From Alkalispirochaeta sp. (GTDB lineage: Bacteria > Spirochaetota > Spirochaetia > DSM-27196 > Alkalispirochaetaceae), in NCBI GenBank assembly GCA_965242725.1, contig CBDESZ010000016.1, positions 128,001 to 192,000 of the forward strand: 64,000 nucleotides of DNA, written 5' to 3'. This document shows, piece by piece, positions 48,163 to 58,939 of the stretch. The position numbers and the translations under genes are program-made. The notes beneath the pieces were generated by a model that searched no databases, was not told the origin of the DNA, and saw only the letters and a list, made by a program, of their open reading frames with translations. Each line of letters begins with the position of its first letter. The stretch's first letter is position 1.

Positions 48163-48227
48163 AGGACATGGATGCCCGCGACGGGCTTCTCATCTATACC
48201 ATCCACGGTATGGATGTGTCCATCTCA

Positions 48228-48315
48228 CGGAGAGGGAGGGATTCGAACCCTCGGTACGGACAAGCCGTACAACAGATTTCGAGTCTGCCCGATTCAACCA
48301 CTCTCGCACCTCTCC
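48228..48315 (-). tRNA. tRNA-Ser(CGA)
   Basis: GCAGA-CTCGAAA-TCTGT, long variable arm. Confidence 0.96.
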
Positions 48316-48367
48316 TGTACGAATGTCCGGGGATACTACCGTGATTTACCGGGAGAAATCAATAGAG

Positions 48368-48805
48368 TCACGGTTCCGGCGTGATCGGAACGATGTCGAT
48401 TTCCTGTCGAATGGTAAGCGAATCGGTAAAATCCCACCGTTCACCGCTCCAGCGTAATGGAACGACGATCCGGGTCACCCCGTCACCGTCGGCCGTGGTG
48501 GAAAGGGAGACGGTGGCCAATGCGGAATCTCCGTCCAGAGTCACGTCGTCAATTGTCGTGGTGATGTCGCCGCCGAACTCGCGGATCCCCTGGAGCCACC
48601 CGTCGTTTTCCGCGACGAGGTCAGGCGCCAGCTCGGCTATCGTCGCCTCGTCACCATCCGCGAGCGCAGAAAAAAACGCCCGCACCGTCTGGGCTGCGAG
48701 CGTTTCCCGTTCCGCGGTATCCCGACCGTTACATGCGGTCACCGCCACGGAAAGGACGATGACCGTCAGACATAGCCGAACGATCCCGCTAGTTGTAGCT
48801 GACAA
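48368..48805 (-). CDS. Putative lipoprotein (start uncertain)
   Basis: VAVTAC lipobox; NTF2/DUF4878-like pattern. Confidence 0.62.
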   Translation of the reverse strand: MSATTSGIVRLCLTVIVLSVAVTACNGRDTAERETLAAQTVRAFFSALADGDEATIAELAPDLVAENDGWLQGIREFGGDITTTIDDVTLDGDSALATVSLSTTADGDGVTRIVVPLRWSGERWDFTDSLTIRQEIDIVPITPEP

Positions 48806-49175
48806 CGGTCCCGCTGATCGTCGCGGTTGCCGGTGCGTAGAGCCCAAGGGTGATACCGTTCAGGATATAGTCAATAAAGGAAGCCTCGTACTCGACCGTC
48901 ACGTTTATCGCTGCATCGCCCGATCGCCGCTGGACTTCCCGCCGTATGGCATCGTAAATCTCATCGTCCATCGCCGTGGCGGAAAGGTTGAACAGGTTTG
49001 CCCCGCCGCTTTCGCCAAGAAACTCATTGACCTTTACCGTCGTCTCAAAATCACCGAGGGGCTGCATGCTCGGCATGTCCTCAACGACCTGTAAACCTGA
49101 CATCTGAAACGTCGTACACCCCGCGATTAACGCGATAGCGCCGACAACTAAAACAGCTTGCAATGCTCGCTTCAT
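48789..49175 (-). CDS. Bor-like lipoprotein
   Basis: LIAGC lipobox; LNGITLGLYAP motif; GGAGG RBS. Confidence 0.75.
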   Translation of the reverse strand: MKRALQAVLVVGAIALIAGCTTFQMSGLQVVEDMPSMQPLGDFETTVKVNEFLGESGGANLFNLSATAMDDEIYDAIRREVQRRSGDAAINVTVEYEASFIDYILNGITLGLYAPATATISGTVVSYN

Positions 49176-49431
49176 TGGATCCTCCCTTTCGTTTGTCCGT
49201 TTATAAGGTAGACCATCCGCGACAGAGATTCAACATTCCCGTCCGGGTCCGTCCCTCCTGTCCGGACCCTCCCGGCCGCCTTCGCCGCTAACGCGACATC
49301 CTGTCGCGTTGCGCTCCAGGTATTCGCGCCGCTGTAGGCGCGTTCCTCGCATCGGCGATTTGCCGCTGCGGTACGCGCCTTTGCTGCGTTTCGAGCCCAC
49401 TTTACCACCTGTTCCGCTCCCGGTGTCCAAT

Positions 49432-49467
49432 AAAAAAGCCGGAAGCTGTGTTTCCACAACCTCCGGC
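49432..49467 (-). terminator. Rho-independent terminator of the tRNA operon
   Basis: GCCGGAGGTTGTG-GAAA-CACAGCTTCCGGC followed by T6. Confidence 0.85.
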
Positions 49468-49472
49468 CTTTA

Positions 49473-49546
49473 CGTGCCTAAGTGGACTCGAACCACCGAC
49501 CTTTAGATCCGCAATCTAACGCTCTATCCAACTGAGCTATAGGCAC
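49473..49546 (-). tRNA. tRNA-Arg(GCG)
   Basis: TTAGA-TTGCGGA-TCTAA anticodon arm, GTTCGAGTC. Confidence 0.95.
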
Positions 49547-49625
49547 AAACATGGTGCAGATGCCGTAACCGCCCAAAGCGGGAAGTCGGCACACTGCGGT
49601 CGGACGCGCAACCGTCCGCACACTC

Positions 49626-49714
<89 letters not shown>

Positions 49715-49777
49715 AATTTGGATCAACCTTTCATCGGTCCGTTCCTCGGACTTCGTCCTCCGGTACGGACCTTAGCC

Positions 49778-49864
49778 CGGAGAGAGTGGGATTCGAACCC
49801 ACGGTACCAGCAAAGGTACAACGGTTTTCAAGACCGCCTCCTTAAACCACTCGGACATCTCTCC
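49778..49864 (-). tRNA. tRNA-Ser(TGA)
   Basis: GCGGT-CTTGAAA-ACCGT, long variable arm. Confidence 0.96.
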
Positions 49865-49876
49865 AGTGTGCCGGGT

Positions 49877-49905
49877 ACTATACTCAAGGCGGATTGCCTT
49901 GTCAA
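49877..49905 (-). promoter_or_regulatory. Sigma70 promoter of the tRNA operon
   Basis: TTGACA-17 bp-TATAGT, 12 nt upstream of tRNA-Ser(TGA). Confidence 0.8.
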
Positions 49906-49929
49906 TAAATGCCCGGTATAACTGGGGGG

Positions 49930-50352
49930 ATGACACACAAAGACAGAAAGCCGCTGCTGGTGGAACTCGATTTTCGGGTGAAGACATACGACATCGACTT
50001 TGCCGGCCACGTCAGCAACATCGTATACATCCGGTGGCTCGAGGATCTGCGCTTTGCCCTCCTGGATGCATACTATCCGCTCCAGCCGCAAATTGAAGCC
50101 GGATTCGCGCCTATCCTCGTACGTACAAACATTCAATATCGCCGATCGATAAAGCTCTTTGAGCCGGTCCGCGGCCGTATGTGGGTCCAGAGTGTCGGAG
50201 GCGCAAAGGCGCTCCTGTCGGCGCAGATTGTGGTGAATGAAGAGGTATGCGCGGACGTGCTTCAGGAAGGTGTCTTTGCGGACCTCAAGACGGGACGACC
50301 CATGCGTATCCCCGAGGCGTTTCGGAATCTCTACGAAAAATGGGATGGTTAG
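49930..50352 (+). CDS. 4HBT/YbgC-family acyl-CoA thioesterase
   Basis: YDIDFAGHVSNIVY. Confidence 0.9.
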   Translation: MTHKDRKPLLVELDFRVKTYDIDFAGHVSNIVYIRWLEDLRFALLDAYYPLQPQIEAGFAPILVRTNIQYRRSIKLFEPVRGRMWVQSVGGAKALLSAQIVVNEEVCADVLQEGVFADLKTGRPMRIPEAFRNLYEKWDG

Positions 50353-50395
50353 CCGATGTCGATGCCCCGCGTCGCTGGTGTTCCCGGAGCGGCGC

Positions 50396-51433
50396 CTACC
50401 CGTCGAGTCGACCTGAAAGCTGCTCCCTGAGAAACTGCGTGTACACCTCCCAGGAGTGGTAGCCGTAGTTTCCGGCCATGACAAAGAGAGCCGGCACGTC
50501 ATGCTTCCGTACCCACCGATAGAGATAGCTGTCCCGTTCCAGAAGCGCCGCGGCGTCCATCTTCAGGAGCTCCGCCGAGGGCAGCTGGTCCCGCTCATAC
50601 GGATCGGCACCGTCAACAACAAGGACGAAATCGGGGGGCGGACAGCTCGCTTCCATCCGTTCCATGCCGTCCCGTAGCCGTTTCAGATAGGAACCCTCCT
50701 CACCGGAGGCGATGGGAATATCCACCGTGCTGGGAATGTGAGAAGGGTTGGGCGTCCCGTCGGGCAACACCTGCGGTTGATCCAGGGGCCACCCGTGAGC
50801 CATGTGAATGCTCAGGGTGCAAATGGTATCGTCGTCCCGGGTGAGTGCGGCGGTGCCGTCGCCCTTGTGGGCGTCCACATCCACCACCCAGGCATTTTTG
50901 ACGCGTCCTTCCGCCTGGAGGGTCCGAATGGCGATAACCAGATCGTTCACCGGACAGAACCCCTCGCCCCAGGCGTACTGCCCGTGGTGCATGCCGCCAC
51001 CGAAGTAAAAACAAAACCGGTCGGGGTGATCCATGACCAGGCGGGCCGCATAGCTCGTTCCCGCCGCCAGCCGCAGACTCTGGTCCCGCAGCGCACAGAG
51101 ATCATACTTTGCCGCGGCGGGATCAAAGCGATGGTAGCTGCCGTTGGGATTCACCAGTTCAAAGGTACGCTGCATCTCCCGCTCACACGGTCCGTCAATG
51201 CCTGCTCCCGGCGACAGAAGGCGCTCCACATACTCAGGATCGTGGACCCGCGTCAGTGCCGCCTTGTCCAGGGGAGGCACGCTCTCCTGAATCAACCACT
51301 CATCCTTTCGTGCGGCGAGCTCGGGATCTGCGGTAAGGGCCTCGATCGTCCGTTTTGCGTTGGAGCCGAGGATGGGAATCTGAATGCCGTAGTCGGTCAT
51401 CGGTCGGCGTTGCGTCGGGTCGTAGAAAACCAT
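50396..51433 (-). CDS. Histone deacetylase-family amidohydrolase
   Basis: GGGMHH, GFC, DVDAHKGDG, GAD, AGNY. Confidence 0.92.
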   Translation of the reverse strand: MVFYDPTQRRPMTDYGIQIPILGSNAKRTIEALTADPELAARKDEWLIQESVPPLDKAALTRVHDPEYVERLLSPGAGIDGPCEREMQRTFELVNPNGSYHRFDPAAAKYDLCALRDQSLRLAAGTSYAARLVMDHPDRFCFYFGGGMHHGQYAWGEGFCPVNDLVIAIRTLQAEGRVKNAWVVDVDAHKGDGTAALTRDDDTICTLSIHMAHGWPLDQPQVLPDGTPNPSHIPSTVDIPIASGEEGSYLKRLRDGMERMEASCPPPDFVLVVDGADPYERDQLPSAELLKMDAAALLERDSYLYRWVRKHDVPALFVMAGNYGYHSWEVYTQFLREQLSGRLDG

Positions 51434-51461
51434 GGGAATACTGTAGTATGTGGATCGCCCA

Positions 51462-52148
51462 ATGACAACGCATCCTTCATCGGACTTTTTACATGAACTT
51501 GCGTCACAGAAGACGACAGACGTTGCCCGCAGCCTCATCGGCGCTTCGGTGTGTGTCACGGTGCCGGACAACACCGACGGCATCACCCGCCGACTGCGGG
51601 CCTGCGGCATCATCGTGGAAACGGAAGCGTACCTCGCCGATGATCCCGCCAGTCACAGCTACGGCGGCCCGACCCCCCGGAACGCCTCGATGTTTCTCTC
51701 TCCCGGCCACGTATACGTCTACCGCTCCTACGGCATCCATTTCTGCCTCAACATCGTGACCGCCCCCGAGGGGGTCGGCGAGGCGGTTCTCATCAGGGCC
51801 CTCGCACCTGCCGTCGGTTTGGAGGTGATGGCGGCGCGGCGCGGCGTGGTCATCCCGCGGGAAGAGCTCCCGGACAGGACGTCGCCTCTTTCGGCGGATC
51901 GACCCTCCCGGCGACTCCGGTCGCTCTGCTCCGGGCCCGGTAAGCTGTGCCAGGCTTTGGGGATCACCACCGCGCTGGACGGAGTTCGATTAGATGAAGA
52001 ACAGGATGACGGAGCGGTGATTTTTCTTCAGCCGGGAGTGACGGGGATCGAGGTGGCGACGACGGAGCGGATCGGAATTTCCCGGGGGCGGGAGCGGCAG
52101 TTGCGCTTTGTCCTGAAGGGCAGTCCGTGGCTCAGTCGTTCCCGATGA
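51462..52148 (+). CDS. mpg: DNA-3-methyladenine glycosylase (AAG/MPG)
   Basis: IVETEAY, YVYRSYGIH, AVLIRA, GPGKLC, RIGIS. Confidence 0.93.
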   Translation: MTTHPSSDFLHELASQKTTDVARSLIGASVCVTVPDNTDGITRRLRACGIIVETEAYLADDPASHSYGGPTPRNASMFLSPGHVYVYRSYGIHFCLNIVTAPEGVGEAVLIRALAPAVGLEVMAARRGVVIPREELPDRTSPLSADRPSRRLRSLCSGPGKLCQALGITTALDGVRLDEEQDDGAVIFLQPGVTGIEVATTERIGISRGRERQLRFVLKGSPWLSRSR

Positions 52149-53160
52149 CACCGGGGGCGACAAGCTCCACGAGACGCTCGAGATCGTCCATGGAGAGGTA
52201 GGTGATTTCAATCTTGCCGCGATCATCGGTGCCGTGCAGCAGGACCCGGGTACCCAGGCGTTCCATGAGACGCTGCTCAAGCTCCATCATTTCCACGGAC
52301 TTGCGGCTGCCGCCGTCACCGCTTCCGGAACGGACCGACGGGGAACGGTGATCTTCGTTCGCGTCCTGCGAAGAAGATTTATCTCCAATATCTACATTAT
52401 GAAATGAGGGGGTATCGGAGTCGGCGGTTTCCCTGTCCCCGGGACGGGTGATATGTGCGAGGGCGCCGTCCGCAGGGGAACCCTCATTCATCAGCGCGAC
52501 GAGCTGCTCCACGATTCGCACCGAGAGATCATCACGAATGATAAGCTCCGCAACGTGTCCGATCTGCCCGGGATCATTGAGGGCGAGGAGCGTACGGGCG
52601 TGCCCCGCCGACAGGGAGCCGTCGTTTACCCGCTCCTGTATTTCCTCGGGCAGACGCAGGAGGCGGACGGCGTTGGCCACTGCGGAGCGGCTTTTACCGA
52701 GACGGTGGGCCAGCTCTTCCTGGCTTCCGCCGGAACGCTCCATGAGATCCCGATACGCCCGGGCCTCCTCGATGGGGGTGAGGTTCTGGCGCTGGATGTT
52801 TTCAATAAGGGCTATTTCCAGCTTTTCGTCTTCCGAGAAGACGCCGGGAAGGACTGGCACAACGGTGAGACCCGCCAGTTTTGCCGCGCGATACCGCCGC
52901 TCTCCGGCGATAATGACGTACACGCCGTCATCATCCTGCTCCGCCAGGATCGGTTGAATGATGCCCCGTTCCTCGATGGAGCGGGCCAGCTCCTCCAGCG
53001 CCTCGGGTGAAAAGCTCTTGCGCGGCTGGTCCGGATTTGGACGGACGTTGTCGATGGGGACGCTGACGACGGAGTTGATGTCCCCCGTCTCGAGGCTTCC
53101 CAGATCGCGCCCCTGAAGGAGGGCGTCGATCCCCTTACCGAGTCTTCGTTGCCTGGACAC
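52132..53160 (-). CDS. parB: Chromosome partitioning protein ParB/Spo0J
   Basis: RLGKGIDAL, NPDQPR, IAGERRYRA, ENIQR, HTH, LSAGHAR. Confidence 0.96.
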   Translation of the reverse strand: MSRQRRLGKGIDALLQGRDLGSLETGDINSVVSVPIDNVRPNPDQPRKSFSPEALEELARSIEERGIIQPILAEQDDDGVYVIIAGERRYRAAKLAGLTVVPVLPGVFSEDEKLEIALIENIQRQNLTPIEEARAYRDLMERSGGSQEELAHRLGKSRSAVANAVRLLRLPEEIQERVNDGSLSAGHARTLLALNDPGQIGHVAELIIRDDLSVRIVEQLVALMNEGSPADGALAHITRPGDRETADSDTPSFHNVDIGDKSSSQDANEDHRSPSVRSGSGDGGSRKSVEMMELEQRLMERLGTRVLLHGTDDRGKIEITYLSMDDLERLVELVAPGVIGND

Positions 53161-53908
53161 GCTGGATGACCTCCTCAGCGAGTTTTTGATAGCTCCGAGC
53201 ACCGACGCAGTTCGGGTCGTACTGATTTACCGGGATGCCGTGGGAGGGCGCTTCGGAGAGGCGGATGTTTCGGGGAATGATCGTTCGAAATACGCGCTTT
53301 CCGAAATACCCGATCACCTCCTGGACCACATCGTTGGCGAGACGCGTCCGGGAGTCGTACATCGTGAATAGGATTCCGAAAAGTTCAAGTTCCTGATTGT
53401 AGGCGGTCTGCACCCGTTTGATGTTCTGCAACAGCTGGGTCAGACCTTCCAGGGCGAAGTACTCCGTCTGAAGGGGAATCACACAGTTGTCCGCGGCGAC
53501 GAGGGCGTTGAGGGTGAGAAGGCCGAGGCTCGGCGGACTGTCGATAAAGATGAACTCAAAGGCGTCGCGCTGGGGTTTAATCGCGTCCCGGAGAAAGTAC
53601 TCCCGTCGCTTCTCATTGACGAGCTCCACATTGGCGCCGGTGAGATCGGCACCGCCGGTGACGATTGAAAGGCCCGCCTGGGTCGTATCCTGTATGACCG
53701 CCTTCAACTCCTTTTCACCGCTGAGAACCTGGTAAATGCCGGGCCCGTCGTGGTCGGCCCCGACACTGGACGAAAGGTTTCCCTGGGAATCAAAGTCGAC
53801 GAGGAGTACGGAGTGACCCGCATCCGCGAGGCACGCTCCCAAATTTGCGGCGGTGGTGGTCTTACCCACTCCGCCCTTCTGGTTGGCAAAGGTTATGACG
53901 TTTCCCAT
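53135..53908 (-). CDS. parA: Chromosome partitioning ATPase ParA/Soj
   Basis: NQKGGVGKTT, DSPPSLG, EAPSHG. Confidence 0.96.
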   Translation of the reverse strand: MGNVITFANQKGGVGKTTTAANLGACLADAGHSVLLVDFDSQGNLSSSVGADHDGPGIYQVLSGEKELKAVIQDTTQAGLSIVTGGADLTGANVELVNEKRREYFLRDAIKPQRDAFEFIFIDSPPSLGLLTLNALVAADNCVIPLQTEYFALEGLTQLLQNIKRVQTAYNQELELFGILFTMYDSRTRLANDVVQEVIGYFGKRVFRTIIPRNIRLSEAPSHGIPVNQYDPNCVGARSYQKLAEEVIQRVQATKTR

Positions 53909-54154
53909 GGTCTCGCGGTTGAGTATAGCCGATGGCGGTGCGCCTGTCACTCCGCCGCCGACCGCACAGATCGGGACACCAATCGTGACGGATCGGGACG
54001 GGCCACACCGAGAATTATCGCCAACATCGGACGATATGGCGCCCTTCCGTCCGCTTTCTCACCGTATTCTCTTAGTTCGAATAAATATTCGCCGATTGAC
54101 CAATAATCGTATATTTTTTACAACTCTTGTATTCATTTCGAAAAGGAGTAAGGT

Positions 54155-54916
54155 ATGAAGCGAGTTGCACTCATTGTATTGATCGTCCTGATGGCCGTTG
54201 GTTCGGCGTGGGCCGGTGGACAAAAGGAAGCGGAAGGCGGTCCCCGGACGATTACGATCGCCACCGACGCCACCTGGCCGCCGATGGAGTATATCAACAC
54301 CGATCAGGAAATCGTCGGATTTGACATCGATCTCCTGAACGCCGTGGCGGAAGCCGCCGGTTTCACCGTTGAGTTTCAGAACACCGCCTGGGACGGTATC
54401 TTTGCAGGTCTCGCCAACGGCGACTACGATGCGGTGGCGTCGTCGGTAACGATCACGGAAGAACGGAAGCGGACGATGGACTTCTCCCAGCCCTACGTCA
54501 ACGCCGGACAGGTGCTGATCGTCCGTCAGGACGCACCCTCGGGATGGACCACCCTGGACGACCTCGCCGGAGAATCCGTAGGTGCCCAGATCGGTACAAC
54601 CGGCGCCATTGAAATCGACAACAACGACAATGTCGAGCTGCGCACCTATGACGAGATCGGTCTCGCCATTGAGGACCTCGCCCAGGGCAGAATTGCCGGC
54701 GTCGTTGCGGACGCTCCCATTGCGGCGGACTTTGTCCTGCAGAACGAGAACTATCGCGATGCTCTGCAAATTGTCGGCGAGCCCTTCACCGATGAGTATT
54801 ACGGTGTTGCCGTCCGGAAGGGGAACGACGAGGTTCTTGCGCTGATTAACGAAGGTCTCGACGTAGTCCTGAACGACGGAACGGTTGAGGAGTTGCAGGA
54901 TAAGTGGCTTCGGTAA
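54155..54916 (+). CDS. Basic/polar amino acid ABC transporter substrate-binding protein
   Basis: DATWPPME, GFDIDL, GAQIGTTG. Confidence 0.93.
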   Translation: MKRVALIVLIVLMAVGSAWAGGQKEAEGGPRTITIATDATWPPMEYINTDQEIVGFDIDLLNAVAEAAGFTVEFQNTAWDGIFAGLANGDYDAVASSVTITEERKRTMDFSQPYVNAGQVLIVRQDAPSGWTTLDDLAGESVGAQIGTTGAIEIDNNDNVELRTYDEIGLAIEDLAQGRIAGVVADAPIAADFVLQNENYRDALQIVGEPFTDEYYGVAVRKGNDEVLALINEGLDVVLNDGTVEELQDKWLR

Positions 54917-55710
54917 GCGACGGTTCCCAATCCACTCAGAAGACGCAAATCACCATAAGCGATGGAGCCCTCATCCCCGACCGGGGTGAGGCCTCCATTT
55001 TTTCGGCGTGGCGCATCAGCTTTTTTGGTGCCCTCGCCCTGGTGGTTCTGCTCCCTCTGCTTTCGCCGGATCCCTATCGGGAAATCATTACATTTCTCCC
55101 TGACGGAATACTGAAAACCTTTCAGGTGACGCTGATCTCCATATTTTTTGCCCTTATCATCGGTCTCGCCACCGGTCTCGGGAGGATATCACGGATCACC
55201 CTGGTCAACAGGATCGCCACCGTTTATGTGGAGGTGATACGGGGAATCCCGTTGTTGGTGCAGCTGTTCTATATCTATTTTGCCCTGGGGCGGTTTTTGA
55301 GTCTCGACCGGCTGGTTGCGGCAATTCTGGCCATGTCCGTCTGTTACGGCGCCTATATGGGAGAAATATTTCGCGCCGGAATTCAGTCGATTCCCAAAGG
55401 ACAGATGGAGGCTGCCCTTGCCCTCGGCATGAGTCGCCGACAGGCACTTCGGCTGGTTATCCTCCCCCAGACGATGCGGGTCATCCTGCCGCCTATTGGA
55501 AACGAGTTTATCGCCCTTCTCAAGGACAGTTCCCTTGTTTCCATCGTCGCCGTCAGTGATTTGCTGAGACGGGGACGGGAATATGCATCGACAACATTTT
55601 ACTATTTCGAAGCGTACACGATGGTTGCCCTGATATACCTCGTATTTACGCTTTTTTTCTCCAAGGTGGTCGCCATCATGGAAGAAAGGTTGGAACGCCG
55701 TGGTAGATAG
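54904..55710 (+). CDS. Amino acid ABC transporter permease
   Basis: [26 protein letters not shown]. Confidence 0.94.
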   Translation: MASVSDGSQSTQKTQITISDGALIPDRGEASIFSAWRISFFGALALVVLLPLLSPDPYREIITFLPDGILKTFQVTLISIFFALIIGLATGLGRISRITLVNRIATVYVEVIRGIPLLVQLFYIYFALGRFLSLDRLVAAILAMSVCYGAYMGEIFRAGIQSIPKGQMEAALALGMSRRQALRLVILPQTMRVILPPIGNEFIALLKDSSLVSIVAVSDLLRRGREYASTTFYYFEAYTMVALIYLVFTLFFSKVVAIMEERLERRGR

Positions 55711-56434
55711 CAGAGTTCGTATTGAAAATGTGACCAAACGGTTTGGCACCATCCAGGCGGTGCGTAATGCATCTCTTACCGTTCTCCCCGGTGAGGTGGT
55801 TCTCATCATCGGACCTTCGGGAAGCGGGAAAAGCACCCTGCTCCGCTGTATCAACCGTCTTGAGACGGCAACGGAAGGGGATATCTGGATCGACGATGAT
55901 CGCGTCACCGATCCCCACGGCAATATTCGCCAGATCCGGGAAGAAGTGGGCATGGTCTTTCAGAACTTCAACCTTTTTCCCCATTTGTCCGCCCTGGACA
56001 ACATCACTCTCGCACCCCGCAAGGTTAAACGGGCGGATCGAACGGTTTCGGTCAAGCGCGGCCGGGAACTCCTGAACCGCGTCGGACTGGCGGACAAGGA
56101 AAACGCATTCCCTGAACAGCTTTCAGGAGGCCAGCAGCAGCGAGTGGCTATCGCCCGGGCATTGGCGATGGACCCGAAGGTAATGCTCTTTGATGAACCC
56201 ACCAGCGCTTTGGACCCGGAAATGATTAAAGAGGTGTTGGACGTCATGCTTCAGCTCGCCAGGGACGGCATGACCATGCTCGTTGTCTCTCACGAGATGG
56301 GTTTTGCCCGCGCGGCGGCCGATAAAGTCGTTTTTATGGACAACGGCGAGATCATTGAGACGGGTACCCCGACGGAGGTATTTGACAATCCCCAGGAGGT
56401 CCGAACCCAGACGTTCCTCAACCACATTCTCTAA
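55700..56434 (+). CDS. Amino acid ABC transporter ATP-binding protein (GlnQ-like)
   Basis: [26 protein letters not shown]. Confidence 0.95.
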   Translation: MVDSRVRIENVTKRFGTIQAVRNASLTVLPGEVVLIIGPSGSGKSTLLRCINRLETATEGDIWIDDDRVTDPHGNIRQIREEVGMVFQNFNLFPHLSALDNITLAPRKVKRADRTVSVKRGRELLNRVGLADKENAFPEQLSGGQQQRVAIARALAMDPKVMLFDEPTSALDPEMIKEVLDVMLQLARDGMTMLVVSHEMGFARAAADKVVFMDNGEIIETGTPTEVFDNPQEVRTQTFLNHIL

Positions 56435-56524
56435 TAAAAGTAATCAAACCGGAAATTTATGCCGATAAAGGTAGAAAAGTGAAAAATACTTGCAGTCGTA
56501 GTAAAATTGATTAAAGTGGTAAAC

Positions 56525-57589
56525 ATGGCGAACGGTGATTTTCGAACAGACAAGCGCATCATGAAAGAGTTCCCGAAAGTGGAACTTCATCGGCATATAG
56601 AGGGCGCATTTGCCCTCCCTACACTGCACCGGATCGCCATGAAGAATAAGCTCGACTACAGCTCGGATTTCTCGGAATTCAAGAAGGCCGTACAGTTTCC
56701 CCGGGAGTCCGAGCCCGATTTTTTGACCTTTCTCTCGAAATTCAACAACCAGTGGTACCGTTCCCATGAGGATGTGTACGAAGTCGTACACGACTCGGTA
56801 TTGCAGTTTGCCGACGACGGTCTCTTCTACATTGAAATGCGTTTTTCTCCCGAGCATTTTGCCCTGCACAATGATTTTAATCGGGAGGAGATTACACGCC
56901 TCATCGTCGAAGCATCCAACACCGCCGCCGCCACAACGGGCGTTCGAATGAAGTACCTGATCACCTTCAATCGGGGCAAACAGGATCAATTTGAGATGAT
57001 CGATCTGTACCATTCCATTCGCGACCTCAATTTAACCGATATCGTCGGTATCGATCTGGCCGGCGATGAAACGCAGTATCCTCCCCAGGATTTTGTAAAG
57101 TTCTTTCAGGTTGTGAAGGATGAGGGGATCTATAAAGCGACGATTCATGGCGGCGAGGTTTCGCCGTCACAGCAGATATGGGATTCCATTGAGCTCCTGC
57201 ACGCCTCCAGAATCGGACACGGCACGTCGTCGGTGGACGATCCCAAACTGCAGGAACTTTTGAAACGCGAAGGCATTGTTCTTGAACAGTGTATTACATC
57301 GAACTATCAGACCGGCTCGTGGGTAGACGAGCAACACCACCCCCTCGGGAAGCTGTACAGGAACGGCGTACCTGTCACTATCAACTCCGACGACCCGACA
57401 ATTCAGGACACCGACCTTACCGATGATTACATGAAAGCGTGCCGATATTTCGATCTTTCCCTCGACGATCTGGTCAACCTCAATAAAATTGCGATTGACG
57501 GCGCGTTTCTTCCGGACGACGAAAAAGAAAAGTTGCAGGCGGACTACGCCGTTGCCGTACAATCATTCCGCACCACCCACTCTCTGTAG
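56525..57589 (+). CDS. add: Adenosine deaminase
   Basis: ELHRHIEG, HGGE, RIGHG, NSDDP. Confidence 0.9.
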   Translation: MANGDFRTDKRIMKEFPKVELHRHIEGAFALPTLHRIAMKNKLDYSSDFSEFKKAVQFPRESEPDFLTFLSKFNNQWYRSHEDVYEVVHDSVLQFADDGLFYIEMRFSPEHFALHNDFNREEITRLIVEASNTAAATTGVRMKYLITFNRGKQDQFEMIDLYHSIRDLNLTDIVGIDLAGDETQYPPQDFVKFFQVVKDEGIYKATIHGGEVSPSQQIWDSIELLHASRIGHGTSSVDDPKLQELLKREGIVLEQCITSNYQTGSWVDEQHHPLGKLYRNGVPVTINSDDPTIQDTDLTDDYMKACRYFDLSLDDLVNLNKIAIDGAFLPDDEKEKLQADYAVAVQSFRTTHSL

Positions 57590-57615
57590 ACCGAAAAGCA
57601 AGTCAGACTATCATC

Positions 57616-57631
57616 TGTTTCACGTGAAACG
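57616..57631. promoter_or_regulatory. parS centromere site
   Basis: TGTTTCACGTGAAACG, 15/16 match to consensus. Confidence 0.88.
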
Positions 57632-58262
57632 TCCTGGTCCACTAACAGTGGTGATGGACGATCGGTCTTCTCCGCGCCTCCACGATCGGGCTTACAATCG
57701 GGCGGTTTCGCCCATCCCTCGGTGACATACCGATGCCACAATAGGGTGTTGAAACGTCGTACCGGCGGTTCTTCCCGCAATGGTGTCCATTTTTCGGGCG
57801 ATTTTAGGGAAATCCCCATCCGGCTCGGAGAATCGGCTGGGACGGGAACAACTACTTCCGTACCATATCGGCCCGGGAACGGGTGGCTACGGTGATCTCG
57901 GTTACGTATTCACGCCGCAAGGCGTCGCCGCGGCCAGGTAATCACGCCGCGAGGTACGGCCGCAACGATGTGTTTCGCCGCAACGCGAGGAGCGGACGTG
58001 TATTTCGGCTGTACCACATCGGTGTGGCAGCGGTTGGCTACGGCGGTACGCCGCAAAGGCTGCATATTGGTGAGCCGTTCTTCTGTATCCACACGCGTTT
58101 TGCAACCTGAAGACGGATTGTTTTCCATGATTGAATTGCCGCCATCATGGGGATGCTACGTCCGTAGATCCCTGTTCGCGCAAAGGCCTATCCTTCGAAA
58201 TGCAACACGAATCTATACACAGGCCGGGCATCCCGCAACGGAGAGTCATTTTTAAGGAGCTT

Positions 58263-58300
58263 CAGAAGGTTACAGAAGGTCACGGAAGGTTACAGCAAGT
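58263..58300. repeat. 10-bp imperfect tandem repeat (about 3.8 copies)
   Basis: CAGAAGGTTA CAGAAGGTCA CGGAAGGTTA CAGCAAGT. Confidence 0.75.
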
Positions 58301-58460
58301 GCGGCGCCACTATAATCCGGAAATACAAACAAATGATCGGGATTGGACCGGGAGAACATCGTCTGCAAGTACGGCTGACGCGGTACATTGTTTTACCGCG
58401 ATTCTGTCGTGAACGACTGTTGTATTGCACATTTTTAGACCCTGCGGGATGTCCGGGCCT

Positions 58461-58476
58461 TGTTTCACGTGAAACA
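58461..58476. promoter_or_regulatory. parS centromere site
   Basis: TGTTTCACGTGAAACA, perfect palindrome. Confidence 0.93.
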
Positions 58477-58939
58477 GTACACCCTCGGCCACAATGACAA
58501 GAAAGGATCGACAGGAGAGGCGTTCTTCTGTTCAGCACAATAAGTATTTCAATTACAAAGACGACCATTGTCGTTTTTTACAGCGTGGCCAGGTTCTCTA
58601 CCGTCCTTTTACACTTCGGGTTGACGCAGGGAATCGGCCGCATTGTTCGCGTGAATATCATCTCCGACATACCAAATCGAGGCAACACTCCCTGACTTCA
58701 ATAGAATACGGTTCTGACGACGGTAAGGGCGGGCAGGATTACGGAAAGAACCTAGTTGGTGTAGTTTGGCGTCGTTTGGTGTCGGCTCCTATTTGATATC
58801 TTCCTGGATCGCAATTGGGCCTCTTTTTGATCGATCCACCAATTACCGCCGTTATTCAACCAGTACTCAATTTTGACCCCATGTGTAGAACTTAAGGTTA
58901 CAGCGGGCGAACCGGGTCATAGTTACCTATTCTGCCTCG

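Noticed and set aside
58643..58658. Fourth parS site (TTGTTCGCGTGAATAT)
   Set aside because: Only 10/16 match to the consensus.
57590..58939. oriC in the long intergenic gap
   Set aside because: Only scattered one-mismatch DnaA-box-like 9-mers (GTATCCACA, CTATACACA), no cluster or clear AT-rich unwinding element, and dnaA is not in the window.
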